The notes beneath the pieces are model-generated. The model had not been told where the DNA came from and ran no database searches. It saw nothing but the letters and a program-made list of their open reading frames with translations. Of a stretch of DNA of 64,000 nucleotides, positions 1 through 9,556 are shown piece after piece; position 1 is the stretch's first letter; every line of letters begins with the position of its first letter. The position numbers were made by a program, and so were the translations under genes. Origin of the DNA: Myxococcota bacterium (lineage in GTDB: Bacteria; Myxococcota_A; Polyangia; HGW-17). Location: NCBI GenBank assembly GCA_018821305.1, contig JAHJMN010000046.1, positions 15,894 through 79,893 on the forward strand. The letters are read 5' to 3'.

Positions 1-266
1 TAATTGTAAAAAAGGGGAAAGGATGCTTACAAAATCATGATGTTAATATCGAGCATATTGAAATTACAGGCAAAAAAAGTACTGTGTTTTTTTCTTTGAA
101 ATTCTGACTGGGGGCTCCTTTGAAGGTCATTGCATAGAATTGATTAAAAATGAAAAAACTGAATTACTAATATTTAATGAGTCTATGCCGATAACAATAC
201 CCGTGGACTTAACCGGTCTTAACAAACCAATGCTAATCAGGCTAGAAGTCTTTTGTGGAGGCTCTA

Positions 267-2423
267 ATGATAAACAATCAGAAATCGGGTTTTCTAAAGC
301 GCGGGATCATGTGGAAAATCATGTTTCCTTCAGTACTTTTAATCACAGTAACAATTGTTATTCTTGCTACTATTTCCGGAAACCGCGCAAGAGATGCGAT
401 AAAGGAAGAAACTCTTGAAAAACTGAAAAACACTTCATCCAGCATCAGAATACAGTTTGAAGACTGGCTGAACTCAAAACGACTGGATGCCCGTGGTTGG
501 GCAGGTCTTGAAACTTCTCAAATGGTTTTAAAAAAACCAGAGGAAACTAAGGCCCGGGCACGACTCTGTAAAACCTTCCGAAATCTCGTTAAACTCTACC
601 CTTATTATCAGAGTGTAAATTTGCTTAACTCTAACGGTGATGTCGTTGCGTCATCGGACAAAAAGAAAGTAGGTAATTTAAACCTGAAAGACCGGGATTA
701 CTTTAAACAGGCATTATCTGGAAAATCAGTCATCAGTGATGTTTTAGTTTCCCGGGCCACGGGTCTTCCGTTTTTTACGGTGGCCGTTCCTGTCAAAACT
801 GATGGTATTATTACCGGGGTTATTTATGCACCGATAGATTTGGAAACATTTATTAAAATCTACATAGATACACAAAAAACAAGTGATGGTGGATACGCAT
901 CGGTTCTGAACTCAAAAGGGGAGTATATTGCTCATCCGGACAGGAAAACGATTTTAAATAAAGAAAAAAGTCCGGGACTTCAGTCCTGGGCAGGGAAAGT
1001 CATAGGGAAAAAGGCGGGAATTACTTCGTTTAAAAGTGAAAGTAAACGATATTATGCAGGATTTGAAACCCTTGATGAAACCGGGTGGGTGATACTTGTT
1101 CAGCGTCCGGAAGGAGTAATAACAGCAAAATCCAATAGTATCAGGAATATAACCTTCCTGCTTGGTGTCATTTCTATTTTGTTTTTGAGTATTTTACTCT
1201 TTTTCTTAATTAAACCCTTTGTGGCAGGCATTAAGCAGGTTACGGATGGTTTGCGAAATATTTCGAGTGGCGATGGAGATCTTACGGCGAAACTGAAGAC
1301 CGAAGATAAGAACGAAATCGGGGAATTAGTGCTTTATTTCAACACATTTCTTGAAAAGCTCCGGGGTAATATAAGCAACGTAGGTGAGGTCGTAGGTCGT
1401 TTAAATGAGCTCAGCGGCAAACTGGATGGGATTTCCGGCAAACTGAATGTGGCAACGGTGGAGATGACGGACAGAAGCCAGACAGTGAAAGTTGAAAGCA
1501 CGCACATGTCTGATGAAGTTCGACTTCTGATGGAAGTCAGTCGTAAAATGTCTTCTCAGATTGAAAACATTGCATCGGCAACGGAGGAAATCAGTCAGAC
1601 TGTTACCAGCATTTCCTCTTCCTCTTCGGAAATGAGTAATACAATAACAGTACTTGCTGCGGCAATGGAGGAAATGACCGCTTCGTTTACAGAAGTCAGC
1701 TCAAACTGTAACAATGCAGCATCCGCGAGCAACGAGTGCAGTATTATGAGCCGGGATGCCATGGACGAAATCAAGCGACTTGGGAAAGTAGCGGACGGTA
1801 TCAGTAAAATTATCAGTCTGATTGGGGATATAGCTGATCAGACGAATTTACTCGCTTTGAACGCTAATATTGAGGCAGCGAGTGCCGGAGATGCAGGCCG
1901 TGGTTTTGCTGTGGTGGCCAATGAAATTAAGGAATTGGCAAAACAAACGGCAAATGCTACGGGGGAAATAACCGATGAAATTGGAGTGATTCAGGATAGA
2001 ACAAAGGAAAGTATTAATAAAATCACAAAGATGGATAAGCTTATTACGGAAATCAACTCCATGTCAAACAGCATTGCCGCTGCAGTAGAAGAACAAACCG
2101 TTACTGCTTCAGAAATAGCTATGTCCATCGCCGGAGGTTCGAGGAATGTAGAAGCTATCTCCCGGCAGATAAGTGAGATATCCGAAGCAATTAATATTAT
2201 AAGTTCGGATATTCAGGGTCTTAACTCATCAAATAATGAAAAACTGGTTAAATATCTTGATAGCGCTCAACGGGCAGTTTCAGCAGTTGGAGAACAGATC
2301 GGGGCTTTATCTGAAAATGTAAGCCGTACAAAAAACCAGACGGAAGAAATGACATCAGAATCCTCAAGGGTAACGTCCATGTCAACAGAACTCAGCTCCG
2401 TCGTTGGATCCTTCAGATACTGA
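267..2423 (+). CDS. methyl-accepting chemotaxis protein (Cache-like periplasmic sensor, HAMP, MA signalling domain)
   Basis: Track ORF is 255..2423. The ATG at 267 is preceded by GGAGG at 257-261. There is an N-terminal TM helix and a second TM near residue 300, followed by a HAMP-like segment. The conserved MCP hairpin motif '[35 protein letters not shown]' is present. Confidence 0.9.
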   Translation: MINNQKSGFLKRGIMWKIMFPSVLLITVTIVILATISGNRARDAIKEETLEKLKNTSSSIRIQFEDWLNSKRLDARGWAGLETSQMVLKKPEETKARARLCKTFRNLVKLYPYYQSVNLLNSNGDVVASSDKKKVGNLNLKDRDYFKQALSGKSVISDVLVSRATGLPFFTVAVPVKTDGIITGVIYAPIDLETFIKIYIDTQKTSDGGYASVLNSKGEYIAHPDRKTILNKEKSPGLQSWAGKVIGKKAGITSFKSESKRYYAGFETLDETGWVILVQRPEGVITAKSNSIRNITFLLGVISILFLSILLFFLIKPFVAGIKQVTDGLRNISSGDGDLTAKLKTEDKNEIGELVLYFNTFLEKLRGNISNVGEVVGRLNELSGKLDGISGKLNVATVEMTDRSQTVKVESTHMSDEVRLLMEVSRKMSSQIENIASATEEISQTVTSISSSSSEMSNTITVLAAAMEEMTASFTEVSSNCNNAASASNECSIMSRDAMDEIKRLGKVADGISKIISLIGDIADQTNLLALNANIEAASAGDAGRGFAVVANEIKELAKQTANATGEITDEIGVIQDRTKESINKITKMDKLITEINSMSNSIAAAVEEQTVTASEIAMSIAGGSRNVEAISRQISEISEAINIISSDIQGLNSSNNEKLVKYLDSAQRAVSAVGEQIGALSENVSRTKNQTEEMTSESSRVTSMSTELSSVVGSFRY

Positions 2424-2440
2424 ATGAGTTGAAAAATCTA

Positions 2441-2577
2441 GACCGCTTGCGAGTAAAAGGAGCGTGAAATTGAAGTTGAGTTGAAAACTATGTCTTTTGC
2501 AATTATTATTTGATATTAGATGTTTATGACCTGCTGCTGCTCCTGACCCTGTTTTCCTGAATGCCTGTCTACCTGTA
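2441..2577. repeat. ~140-bp composite repeat (TAGACCGCTTG..GAGTAA start, CTG/CAGG-rich end ..CCTGTCTACCTGT)
   Basis: It aligns by eye over its ends with 59939-60077, which shares the start TAGACCGCTTGaGGAGTAA and the end CCCTGTTTCCTGAcTGCCTGTCTACCTGT. It begins 18 nt after the MCP stop codon. Confidence 0.7.
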
Positions 2578-2597
2578 ATTATTATACGATGTTGAAT

Positions 2598-3065
2598 TTA
2601 TTAATTAGTTACTGTCCTGAAATACAATAAAACAAATTTTTCGCCGATTTTTTGCTCAGGACAGTAACCGCATGGTGTTGAAAATATTACTAGTGGCCGG
2701 ATAGAATTTTTAATAAAATTCTTCGCGAAGCGAATTTCAGGACACGAACTAATTAGTTACTGTCCTGAAATACCGAAAATCAAATTTTTCACCCGATTTT
2801 TGCTCAGGACAGTAACCGCAAGGTGTTGAATTTATTGTAGTGGCCTGTTAGAAATTTTAATAAATTTCTTCGCGAAGCGAATTTCCGGACACGAACTAAT
2901 TAGTTACTGTCCTGTAATTCGACATTTTCAAGTTAATGACGAATTTGTACACAGGACATTAAGAATGAAGACCTTGAAATTATTATAGTGTTCTGAATAG
3001 CATGTTTTCTTAAACATGCTCAATTTTGACAAAAATTGAATTTCAGGACACGAACTAATTATTTC
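2598..3065. repeat. three tandem ~150-bp structured units joined at TAATTAG, built around TGTCCTG/CAGGACA inverted 7-mers
   Basis: Units 2600-2750 and 2751-2895 are near-identical: TTAATTAGTTACTGTCCTGAAATA...TTGCTCAGGACAGTAACCGCA.GGTGTTGAA...CGCGAAGCGAATTTC.GGACACGAAC. The third unit (2896-3055) is a different subtype that recurs at 51699-51850 and 59725-59835. Confidence 0.85.
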
Positions 3066-3137
3066 TTTCCAAAATTCACTATCCGATCAGCATTGGGTCT
3101 ATTATATTCACTGACCGAAAAGCATCAGGACTGGAGG

Positions 3138-3857
3138 TTATTTTTCCATGCGGGGATTGAGGGATAGAATCCAGGCATCCTTACCTGTTGTGTATTCAAT
3201 GGCAACTCGGATTTTATCAAGTTTTTTCGTAATATTTCCAGGAACGGGAAGTGAGAACTTAATTGTATTATCGACAAGAGCCTTGCGATCAAAGTGTTTT
3301 CTTTCAATTCTAACTGCTTTTTGCATGGTATCATCAAAGAAAATAAGCCGGGCAACGGTAGCTTTTCCAGGAAATTTTTTCAGACTGGTGGCAGTGATGG
3401 AAACCGTAATAGTGTATTTAATGCGGCGACCTTTCCCACTGGACGAAATCTCGGAAGAACCCATAATTTCTTCAACTTCTGGAACGGTAGCTTTATCAGA
3501 AAAGGCTTTTAACTCTTTAATTGAGTAGCGTTTTCCTTTTTTCTGAGGTTTTGGTTGATCTGCAACCGTTTCTTTACCGTTTCCACGCTCAATAGTGACA
3601 CCGTCTGGCGTTTTAACGGATTTCGGATCTATTACTTTTTCCGCTGGGGGACTTTCATCAGCCGGCTTTTCAGTTTTCTTTACTACTGGCTTTGATGGAG
3701 TGTAATCTACATCAATAACAGGAGCATTGCTGGATTTTTGCTCCGGTTCTGGGGCTTTCTTCACGGGGGCCTTTTTCTTTGCCATGGTTTCGTGGGGGGA
3801 TTCACAACCAGCAGAAATCAGTAAAACAAATAATATAGAAACCATGGACAATTTCAT
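3138..3857 (-). CDS. hypothetical lipoprotein
   Basis: Track ORF is 3138..3869. The second ATG (3857) has GAGG 6 nt upstream. The signal peptide plus lipobox reads 'MKLSMVSILFVLLISAGC', followed by a Lys/Pro-rich linker and a ~120-aa C-terminal domain with no motif I recognise. Confidence 0.7.
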   Translation of the reverse strand: MKLSMVSILFVLLISAGCESPHETMAKKKAPVKKAPEPEQKSSNAPVIDVDYTPSKPVVKKTEKPADESPPAEKVIDPKSVKTPDGVTIERGNGKETVADQPKPQKKGKRYSIKELKAFSDKATVPEVEEIMGSSEISSSGKGRRIKYTITVSITATSLKKFPGKATVARLIFFDDTMQKAVRIERKHFDRKALVDNTIKFSLPVPGNITKKLDKIRVAIEYTTGKDAWILSLNPRMEK

Positions 3858-4111
3858 TGAATACCTCATTGGTAATCATTTTTATCACTAAACTATTTAT
3901 GGTCAATCAAGAAGATTTATCCAAAGAAATTAAAAAAAACTTTTTTTTGCAACTCCCCGGAGAAAACGCAGAAAACATGTATGTGTCCAGATATGGTCAG
4001 TGACCAAATCCGGACTTAGAGCGCTCACAAAAATATGTGGTTTCCGGAAATAATTCCAGGATCACAAAAACACAAATAAATATCAAACCACTCATTAAGG
4101 AGTAATTAATC

Positions 4112-4831
4112 ATGTCAAAAATAGTATACAGTTATATCAATGCCGAAGAAAAAGCACAGGCTGCCCTTAACGCTGCAAAAAAATGCCTTGAATTATGGAT
4201 CGACGACGCAGTTATTAAAACCCTTTCCGAAGATGTTATTGCAAAAGCAGAAAAAACAATTTCCACTATTGGTCCCAAGAACGAGAAACCACTTACGGAA
4301 GAACTCAACAGAATTGAACGTCTCAGAGATAATGCGTTTCGTAGCGCTGTCAATTACCTTGAATCCATTTCTATCCTACCGGGATATGAGCACATTGATA
4401 TGGCAGAAGAACTGCTTAACATAATGATTCCAGATGGTATTGGATTCCTCTCTGAATCATATATAGCTGAAACAGCAATTCTCAATCAACGGATCGGTAT
4501 CCTTACTTCAGAAGAACTCAAGCAAACCGTTGAAACTCTCAATTTCGCCCCATGGATAAATGCAATTGAGCGGACAAATAACGATTTCCTTCAGAGTCTG
4601 GATAAACGCAATGATGTACGTGTTGCCAGAACCGGAGCCACTTCAAAGTCAGTTACTTCCCTGAATCTTTCAATTAAAGCACTGTGGGCAACAGTCGAAG
4701 CAAAGAAGGGAAATGAAAATGCAGTCGCCGTATTTTCTGATTTCTTTACCGCGATGACATCCGCCCGTTCCAGAAGATCACGCAAAAATAATCCAACATC
4801 ACCGGAGACCCCTGATACTCCAACTGAATAG
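4112..4831 (+). CDS. hypothetical protein (helical, basic Ser/Arg/Pro-rich tail)
   Basis: 239-aa ORF with AAGGAG at 4098-4103 upstream of the ATG. No family motif recognised. Confidence 0.6.
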   Translation: MSKIVYSYINAEEKAQAALNAAKKCLELWIDDAVIKTLSEDVIAKAEKTISTIGPKNEKPLTEELNRIERLRDNAFRSAVNYLESISILPGYEHIDMAEELLNIMIPDGIGFLSESYIAETAILNQRIGILTSEELKQTVETLNFAPWINAIERTNNDFLQSLDKRNDVRVARTGATSKSVTSLNLSIKALWATVEAKKGNENAVAVFSDFFTAMTSARSRRSRKNNPTSPETPDTPTE

Positions 4832-4939
4832 TTCTTGCCCGTAATCATCCAATATCAGTTTAAAAATACAAAATATCTACAGGGAACTATTTACTCCTTC
4901 TATTCAGAAAAAGTAATGTGAGCAGGCCAAGCTTTCATC

Positions 4940-5445
4940 GAGAAAAACATTTTGCAGCGTCTCCGGCGCGAATTTTTGAAGATAAAAACGGATTGCAGTG
5001 TCTCCACCGAGAGTTTTCATCAGTGAAAAAAGTTTTCGACTCCGCCGCCGGGAGTTTTGGAGGATAAAAACGGATTGCAGCGTTTCCACCGAGAGTTTTT
5101 ACCATAGAAAACGGTTTGTGACTTCTCCGGCGCGAATTTTTGAAGATAAAAACGGATTGCAGTGTCTCCACCGAGAGTTTTCATCAGTGAAAAAAGTTTT
5201 CGACTCCGCCGCCGGGAGTTTTAGAGGATAAAAACGGTTTTCGACTCCGCCGCCGGGAGTTTTGGAGGATAAAAACGGTTTTCGACTTCCCTGCCGCGAG
5301 TTTTTACCGTAGAAAACGGTTTGTGACTTCCCCGCCGGGAGTTTTTACCGTAGAAAACGGTTTGTGACTTCTCCGGCGCGAATTTTTGAAGATAAAAACG
5401 GATTGCAGTGTCTCCACCGCGAATTTTTATCGAGAAAAATTTTTG
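4940..5445. repeat. degenerate 41-bp tandem array (12 units) with a 164-bp higher-order repeat
   Basis: The unit ends (..AAAACGG / ..AAAAAAG) fall at about 4991, 5032, 5072, 5114, 5155, 5196, 5237, 5278, 5319, 5360, 5401 and 5441. Each unit is a GC-rich core (e.g. CTCCGCCGCCGGGAG), then a T-tract, then an A-tract. The 123-bp block near 4950-5072 is almost identical to 5114-5237. Weaker copies lie at 5540-5625. Confidence 0.9.
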
Positions 5446-5448
5446 TTA

Positions 5449-5551
5449 AGACCGCTTCCTGAAAAAAGGATCGAAAACAAATTAAGGCACTTGCAAAATT
5501 GAATGATATTTTCCAAATTCAGCACAATCTTATTACTCCGGAAACGGTTTT
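5449..5551. repeat. decayed copy of the ~100-nt long-stem element (opposite orientation to 34641-34741)
   Basis: AGACCGCTTCCTGAAAAAAGGATCGAAAAC...CAGCACAATCTTATTACTCCGGAAACGGTTTT matches the reverse complement of 34641-34741 by eye. Confidence 0.65.
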
Positions 5552-5666
5552 GACGTCGAAATAAGCTTTAAAATTGAAAAACGGTTTGCGACTTCCCCAC
5601 CGAAGTTTTTCGTCCCCATCAATCGTTAAACCACCACCTCAATTTTTCAGAATTTCTCTTGAAAAC

Positions 5667-6392
5667 TCAGGACATGGTGAGCTCAAGTCGGTGTTTTACT
5701 TTTTCCCATTGGGGAATAAGGTAGTCTAAAAGTCTGTAAAAATCCGGGCTGTGATTCGGATGAACCAAATGACAAAGTTCATGAGTTATGACGTAATCAA
5801 TGCATTCGATTGGAGCTTTTATGAGTTCTGGATTCAGGGTAAGTACTCCATTTCGAGACATGCTGCCCCAGCGTTTTTTCATCGCCCTGAGGTGGAGTTC
5901 AGGTAATTCAACTGTTTGCGGAAAATTTTCAATACAACGCTTTAAAATCTTTTGAAAATGAAACTGTGCTTTTTCAAGGTACCAGTCTTCCATGAGTGTT
6001 TTTACATGAGCAGGGGACACATCCTCTTTTGTTTCCACAATAAAAAAACCCCGCATAAGTTTAACTGAGTCAGATTGAAATGGAATAGTTTTAAGTCGAT
6101 AGTGCCTGCCAAGATAAAGGTGGGTTTCTCCACTTAAATAACTGCGAGGAGGAGTAAGTGGATTGAACTGATTGAAATATCTTATCTGCCTGATTATCCA
6201 TCCTGCTCTTTTTCGGAGTTTTGTCTCAATTATTGCTTCCGTTGCATTCAAAGGGGCTTTTACTCTTACGCAAGCATCAGGATGAACTGCTATTTCCATA
6301 GTTTCTCTGTCCACAAGCGTAAGTTCATAGACAAATTGATTTGTCCCCCATCTAAGGGTTTTAATTATAGATTCCGCATTTTCGAGCATCAT
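5667..6392 (-). CDS. M48-family / YgjP-like (DUF45) zinc metallopeptidase
   Basis: Carries the HExxH motif 'ITHELCHLVHPNHSPDFYRLL', typical of YgjP/DUF45 proteins. It overlaps the hsdR stop by 4 nt. Confidence 0.8.
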   Translation of the reverse strand: MMLENAESIIKTLRWGTNQFVYELTLVDRETMEIAVHPDACVRVKAPLNATEAIIETKLRKRAGWIIRQIRYFNQFNPLTPPRSYLSGETHLYLGRHYRLKTIPFQSDSVKLMRGFFIVETKEDVSPAHVKTLMEDWYLEKAQFHFQKILKRCIENFPQTVELPELHLRAMKKRWGSMSRNGVLTLNPELIKAPIECIDYVITHELCHLVHPNHSPDFYRLLDYLIPQWEKVKHRLELTMS

Positions 6393-9300
6393 TGGCTCCT
6401 TGAACGTGCAACCCGCAGGATCTGGGCAATTATTTCATCCATCTCTTTTATAGAAAGCGCAATGCCATGTCGACCCTTGAGTTCATCGAATAGATAATCA
6501 TCTATTTCATTTTTAACACTATTAAGGGCATCTTCATCCTCCCATAAATTTACTTTCCTGTTTTTTTCGAGGATTTTTTGAAGTGACGTTGCGGCATCAA
6601 CTGAGATAGCGTCAGAATCTGAAGTTTTATTGAGGACTTTTCTTACAACTCCGAAATAAGCCAGAGCTTCCGGATTATGGGCGATAACGTCCGGGACACC
6701 TTCGCGTACCCCTGATACCAATCTGTTTCTTATCTCCATAACTGTTTTAAGATATTCAAGATCTGACATGCGTTTTGCCCGGAAATCATCAATAGCTCGC
6801 TGAATCATTTCTGAAAAATCCTGATAAAAAGCCGGATCCTCATCCATCCGCTCGATAATTACTTTTTTAGTTGCATGGGCAATTGTATCAGCTTTGGATG
6901 CATCACTTTTTCTGTAAACCCCCTGCTGCTCCATGACACTTTTAAAAGTGCGTTCATCGAAGATATTCACAGGTTCATTAAGCATTTCAATTTTTTCTGC
7001 TCTGAGGTGTTTGTCCAGTAGTTTTCTTATTTTTGGTTCATAATCCCTGTAATCAATTGCTTCGGCATATCTCATTTTAACGCTGGTTCTGAGAGTGGAA
7101 AATCTTTTCAGGTCGTTTTTATATTTTTGAACCTGTTTTTCATCAGTTCTTTCAAGGAATTTTTCCGAGTTCATTGCGGTATGCAGGCATTTTCCGTATG
7201 CCATAAGGCGATTGTAAAATTCCTCCCGGACGTCATCATCAGCTAAAAGACGTTCATATGCTTCCTCATCATTGGAATTTCTAATACTTTTGAATATATC
7301 CCATAATTCCGAATATCGTTGAGGCAGGTTTGAAACTTCTGAAGAAATTGATGTAAAACTTCCCTCCAAATCCTGTTCATCAAACCCCTCCAGTGCCCCG
7401 TACATGGACAGCGCGCGATCCAGTTCTCCAAGGATACTTGCATAATCCATTATGAAACCGTTTTCTTTTCCTTCACATATCCGGTTTACCCTTGCTACTG
7501 CCTGAAGAAGTGTATGTTCCCGTAGTGTTCTTGTTATGTAAAGTACAGTATTTCGGGGGGCGTCAAAACCTGTCAGCAGTTTATCAACTACAATAAGAAT
7601 CTCAGGGTGCTCACCGTCTTTAAACTGGCTGATGATGCTGTTCAGGTAAGTTTCCTCATTCCCATGGCGTTTCATCATTTTGTTCCAGAAACGAACCACA
7701 TCATCTTTTGACTCATCTTCCGGCTCATCATATCCCTCGCGAAGGTCAGGGGGGGAAATAATAACTTCTGAAGTAATTTCAAATTCAGTTAAAAAATCCT
7801 GATATTTTATGGCACTTGCTTTATTCGGGGCCACCAGTTGGCCTTTAAACGGAGTATTCTGCCAGCATTTGCGGAAATTCTCAGCAATATCGAAGGCACA
7901 TTCATAAATAAAGGGGATGGACTTTTTAAGCATTTCAGTACGGGAGTATTTTCTTTTGAGATCAGCTTTCTGTTCATCGGTCAGTCTGCTTGTATGACGT
8001 TCGAACCATTTATCCAGTTCATCCTCATCTTTCGCCATTTGCACATGGCGGCCTTCATAAAGTAGTGGAACAACGGCTCCATCTAGAACAGCCTGTCTTA
8101 TGGAATAATACGGCTGAATTAACTCTCCAAACCTGAGAAAATTGTTTTTCTCCTCTTTCATTAAAGGAGTTCCAGTAAAGCCTATGTAACAGGCATTAGG
8201 GAACATTTGTCTCATGCGAGCGGAAAAAGAACCGAACTGGGTACGATGGCTTTCATCAACCAGAACAAAAATATCCGGTGATTCATCCTTGAATTTTTTT
8301 ACAGTGAAAGCTTTATCGAACTTATGCACAAGTGTCGTTATTATCCCTGCTTTCATTTCTGAAACCAAATCAATCAAATTTCTTCCGGAACTGGCCCGCC
8401 GGATATCAAGACCGCAGCTTGCGAAAGTATTTCCCAGTTGCCGATCAAGATCCGTACGATCAGTTACTGCAATTATGCGTGGATTTCTTATTTGGGGATC
8501 CAGTGCAAGATTTCTCACCAGCATGACCATTGTAAGGGATTTTCCGGAACCCTGAGTGTGCCAGATAATACCACCGTTACGGATATTATTGCTGTATAAC
8601 TTTACCCTCTCTAAAGCTGACTTGACCACAAAATACTGCTGATAACGTGCAATTTTTCGTAATCCCCCGTCAAAAACAGTGAATTTCCTGGTTATCTCAA
8701 TAAATCTTTCAGGTCGACATATTGAATAGAGCAATCTGTCCTGATAAGTTGCAGAACGGTGATTTGTGAATGTGTCTTTCTTAACATCGAAAACAAGGGA
8801 AATTTTATCATCAATGCCCTGGGAAAGAGGGCTATTTATCAGTTCTTCAAGTATTCTGTACTCCGGCGAGTTTTCATCGATCTCTTTCCATATACTCCAG
8901 AATTTTGATACAGTACCTGTCGCGGCATATTTCCCCGAGTTTTTATTTATTCCAAGAAGGATTTGACTGTAGATAAAGAGTCTGGGTATGTAATCATCCC
9001 CCTGATTTCTGATTTGCTGGGATACAGCTTGTTCAACATCCTCACTTGGTGCTTTACATTCGATGACTCCGGAGGGAATGCCATTTATAAAAAGAACTAT
9101 ATCCGGTCGCGCTGTTTCACGGCTTTTTGTGCGTTCAATACTGTATTCGACGGTTACATGAAATGCATTTTTCTGGATGTTCTGCCAGTCGATGTAATTA
9201 AAAGTAAAACTCTTATTATCACCTTCAATGTTCTGCTCAAGAGCACATCCAAGCGTAAGAAGATCATAAACAGTTTCGCTTGTTTTATTGAGCCCGTCAT

Positions 9301-9556
9301 ATTTAATATTTTTAAGTTTTTGTACTGCTGTCTGGATGTTTTCTTCGCTGAATAAATACTCACCCTTTCTGTATCTGATTCTGTTTATTTCCCGCAATTT
9401 ATTTTGCAGGATATTCTCCAGGATAACCTCAGAAACTCTGCTATTACGTTCGACGAGAGCTGCTGCGGGAGTAATAAACTCCCATCCAAGGGATATAAGA
9501 AGCCTCAAAGCCGGTATCTGGGAGGTCAGTTTTTCAGTTGTAGAAAATTCAGCCAT
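6389..9556 (-). CDS. hsdR: type I restriction endonuclease subunit R
   Basis: 1055 aa. The N-terminal nuclease region is followed by SF2 helicase motifs: Walker A 'TQGSGKSLTM' and DEAH-like 'VLVDESHRTQ'. It lies in a locus with hsdM and hsdS. Confidence 0.95.
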   Translation of the reverse strand: MAEFSTTEKLTSQIPALRLLISLGWEFITPAAALVERNSRVSEVILENILQNKLREINRIRYRKGEYLFSEENIQTAVQKLKNIKYDGLNKTSETVYDLLTLGCALEQNIEGDNKSFTFNYIDWQNIQKNAFHVTVEYSIERTKSRETARPDIVLFINGIPSGVIECKAPSEDVEQAVSQQIRNQGDDYIPRLFIYSQILLGINKNSGKYAATGTVSKFWSIWKEIDENSPEYRILEELINSPLSQGIDDKISLVFDVKKDTFTNHRSATYQDRLLYSICRPERFIEITRKFTVFDGGLRKIARYQQYFVVKSALERVKLYSNNIRNGGIIWHTQGSGKSLTMVMLVRNLALDPQIRNPRIIAVTDRTDLDRQLGNTFASCGLDIRRASSGRNLIDLVSEMKAGIITTLVHKFDKAFTVKKFKDESPDIFVLVDESHRTQFGSFSARMRQMFPNACYIGFTGTPLMKEEKNNFLRFGELIQPYYSIRQAVLDGAVVPLLYEGRHVQMAKDEDELDKWFERHTSRLTDEQKADLKRKYSRTEMLKKSIPFIYECAFDIAENFRKCWQNTPFKGQLVAPNKASAIKYQDFLTEFEITSEVIISPPDLREGYDEPEDESKDDVVRFWNKMMKRHGNEETYLNSIISQFKDGEHPEILIVVDKLLTGFDAPRNTVLYITRTLREHTLLQAVARVNRICEGKENGFIMDYASILGELDRALSMYGALEGFDEQDLEGSFTSISSEVSNLPQRYSELWDIFKSIRNSNDEEAYERLLADDDVREEFYNRLMAYGKCLHTAMNSEKFLERTDEKQVQKYKNDLKRFSTLRTSVKMRYAEAIDYRDYEPKIRKLLDKHLRAEKIEMLNEPVNIFDERTFKSVMEQQGVYRKSDASKADTIAHATKKVIIERMDEDPAFYQDFSEMIQRAIDDFRAKRMSDLEYLKTVMEIRNRLVSGVREGVPDVIAHNPEALAYFGVVRKVLNKTSDSDAISVDAATSLQKILEKNRKVNLWEDEDALNSVKNEIDDYLFDELKGRHGIALSIKEMDEIIAQILRVARSRSQ

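Noticed and set aside
140-418. 92-aa + strand ORF overlapping the MCP start
   Set aside because: It is out of frame with, and largely overlaps, the strongly supported MCP gene. It has no RBS and no motif.
2598-3065. Possible CRISPR-like or tRNA-like array, suggested by the recurring palindromic CAGGACACGAACTAATTAGTTACTGTCCTG
   Set aside because: The material between the palindromes is itself repeated: units 1 and 2 are near-identical over ~150 bp. It is therefore a tandem structured repeat. I recognised no tRNA cloverleaf or T-loop consensus.
4904-5231. Track ORFs 4904..5089(-), 4935..5171(-) and 4998..5231(+)
   Set aside because: They lie wholly inside the 41-bp tandem array and their sequences are repetitive in every frame. 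This is the typical open-frame artefact of a repeat, and they have no RBS.
4940-5445. Possible CRISPR array, suggested by the regular ~41-bp periodicity next to a defence island
   Set aside because: There is no alternation of an invariant repeat with unique spacers. The whole 41-bp unit is a degenerate repeat, blocks of units are duplicated, and no cas genes are present in the window.
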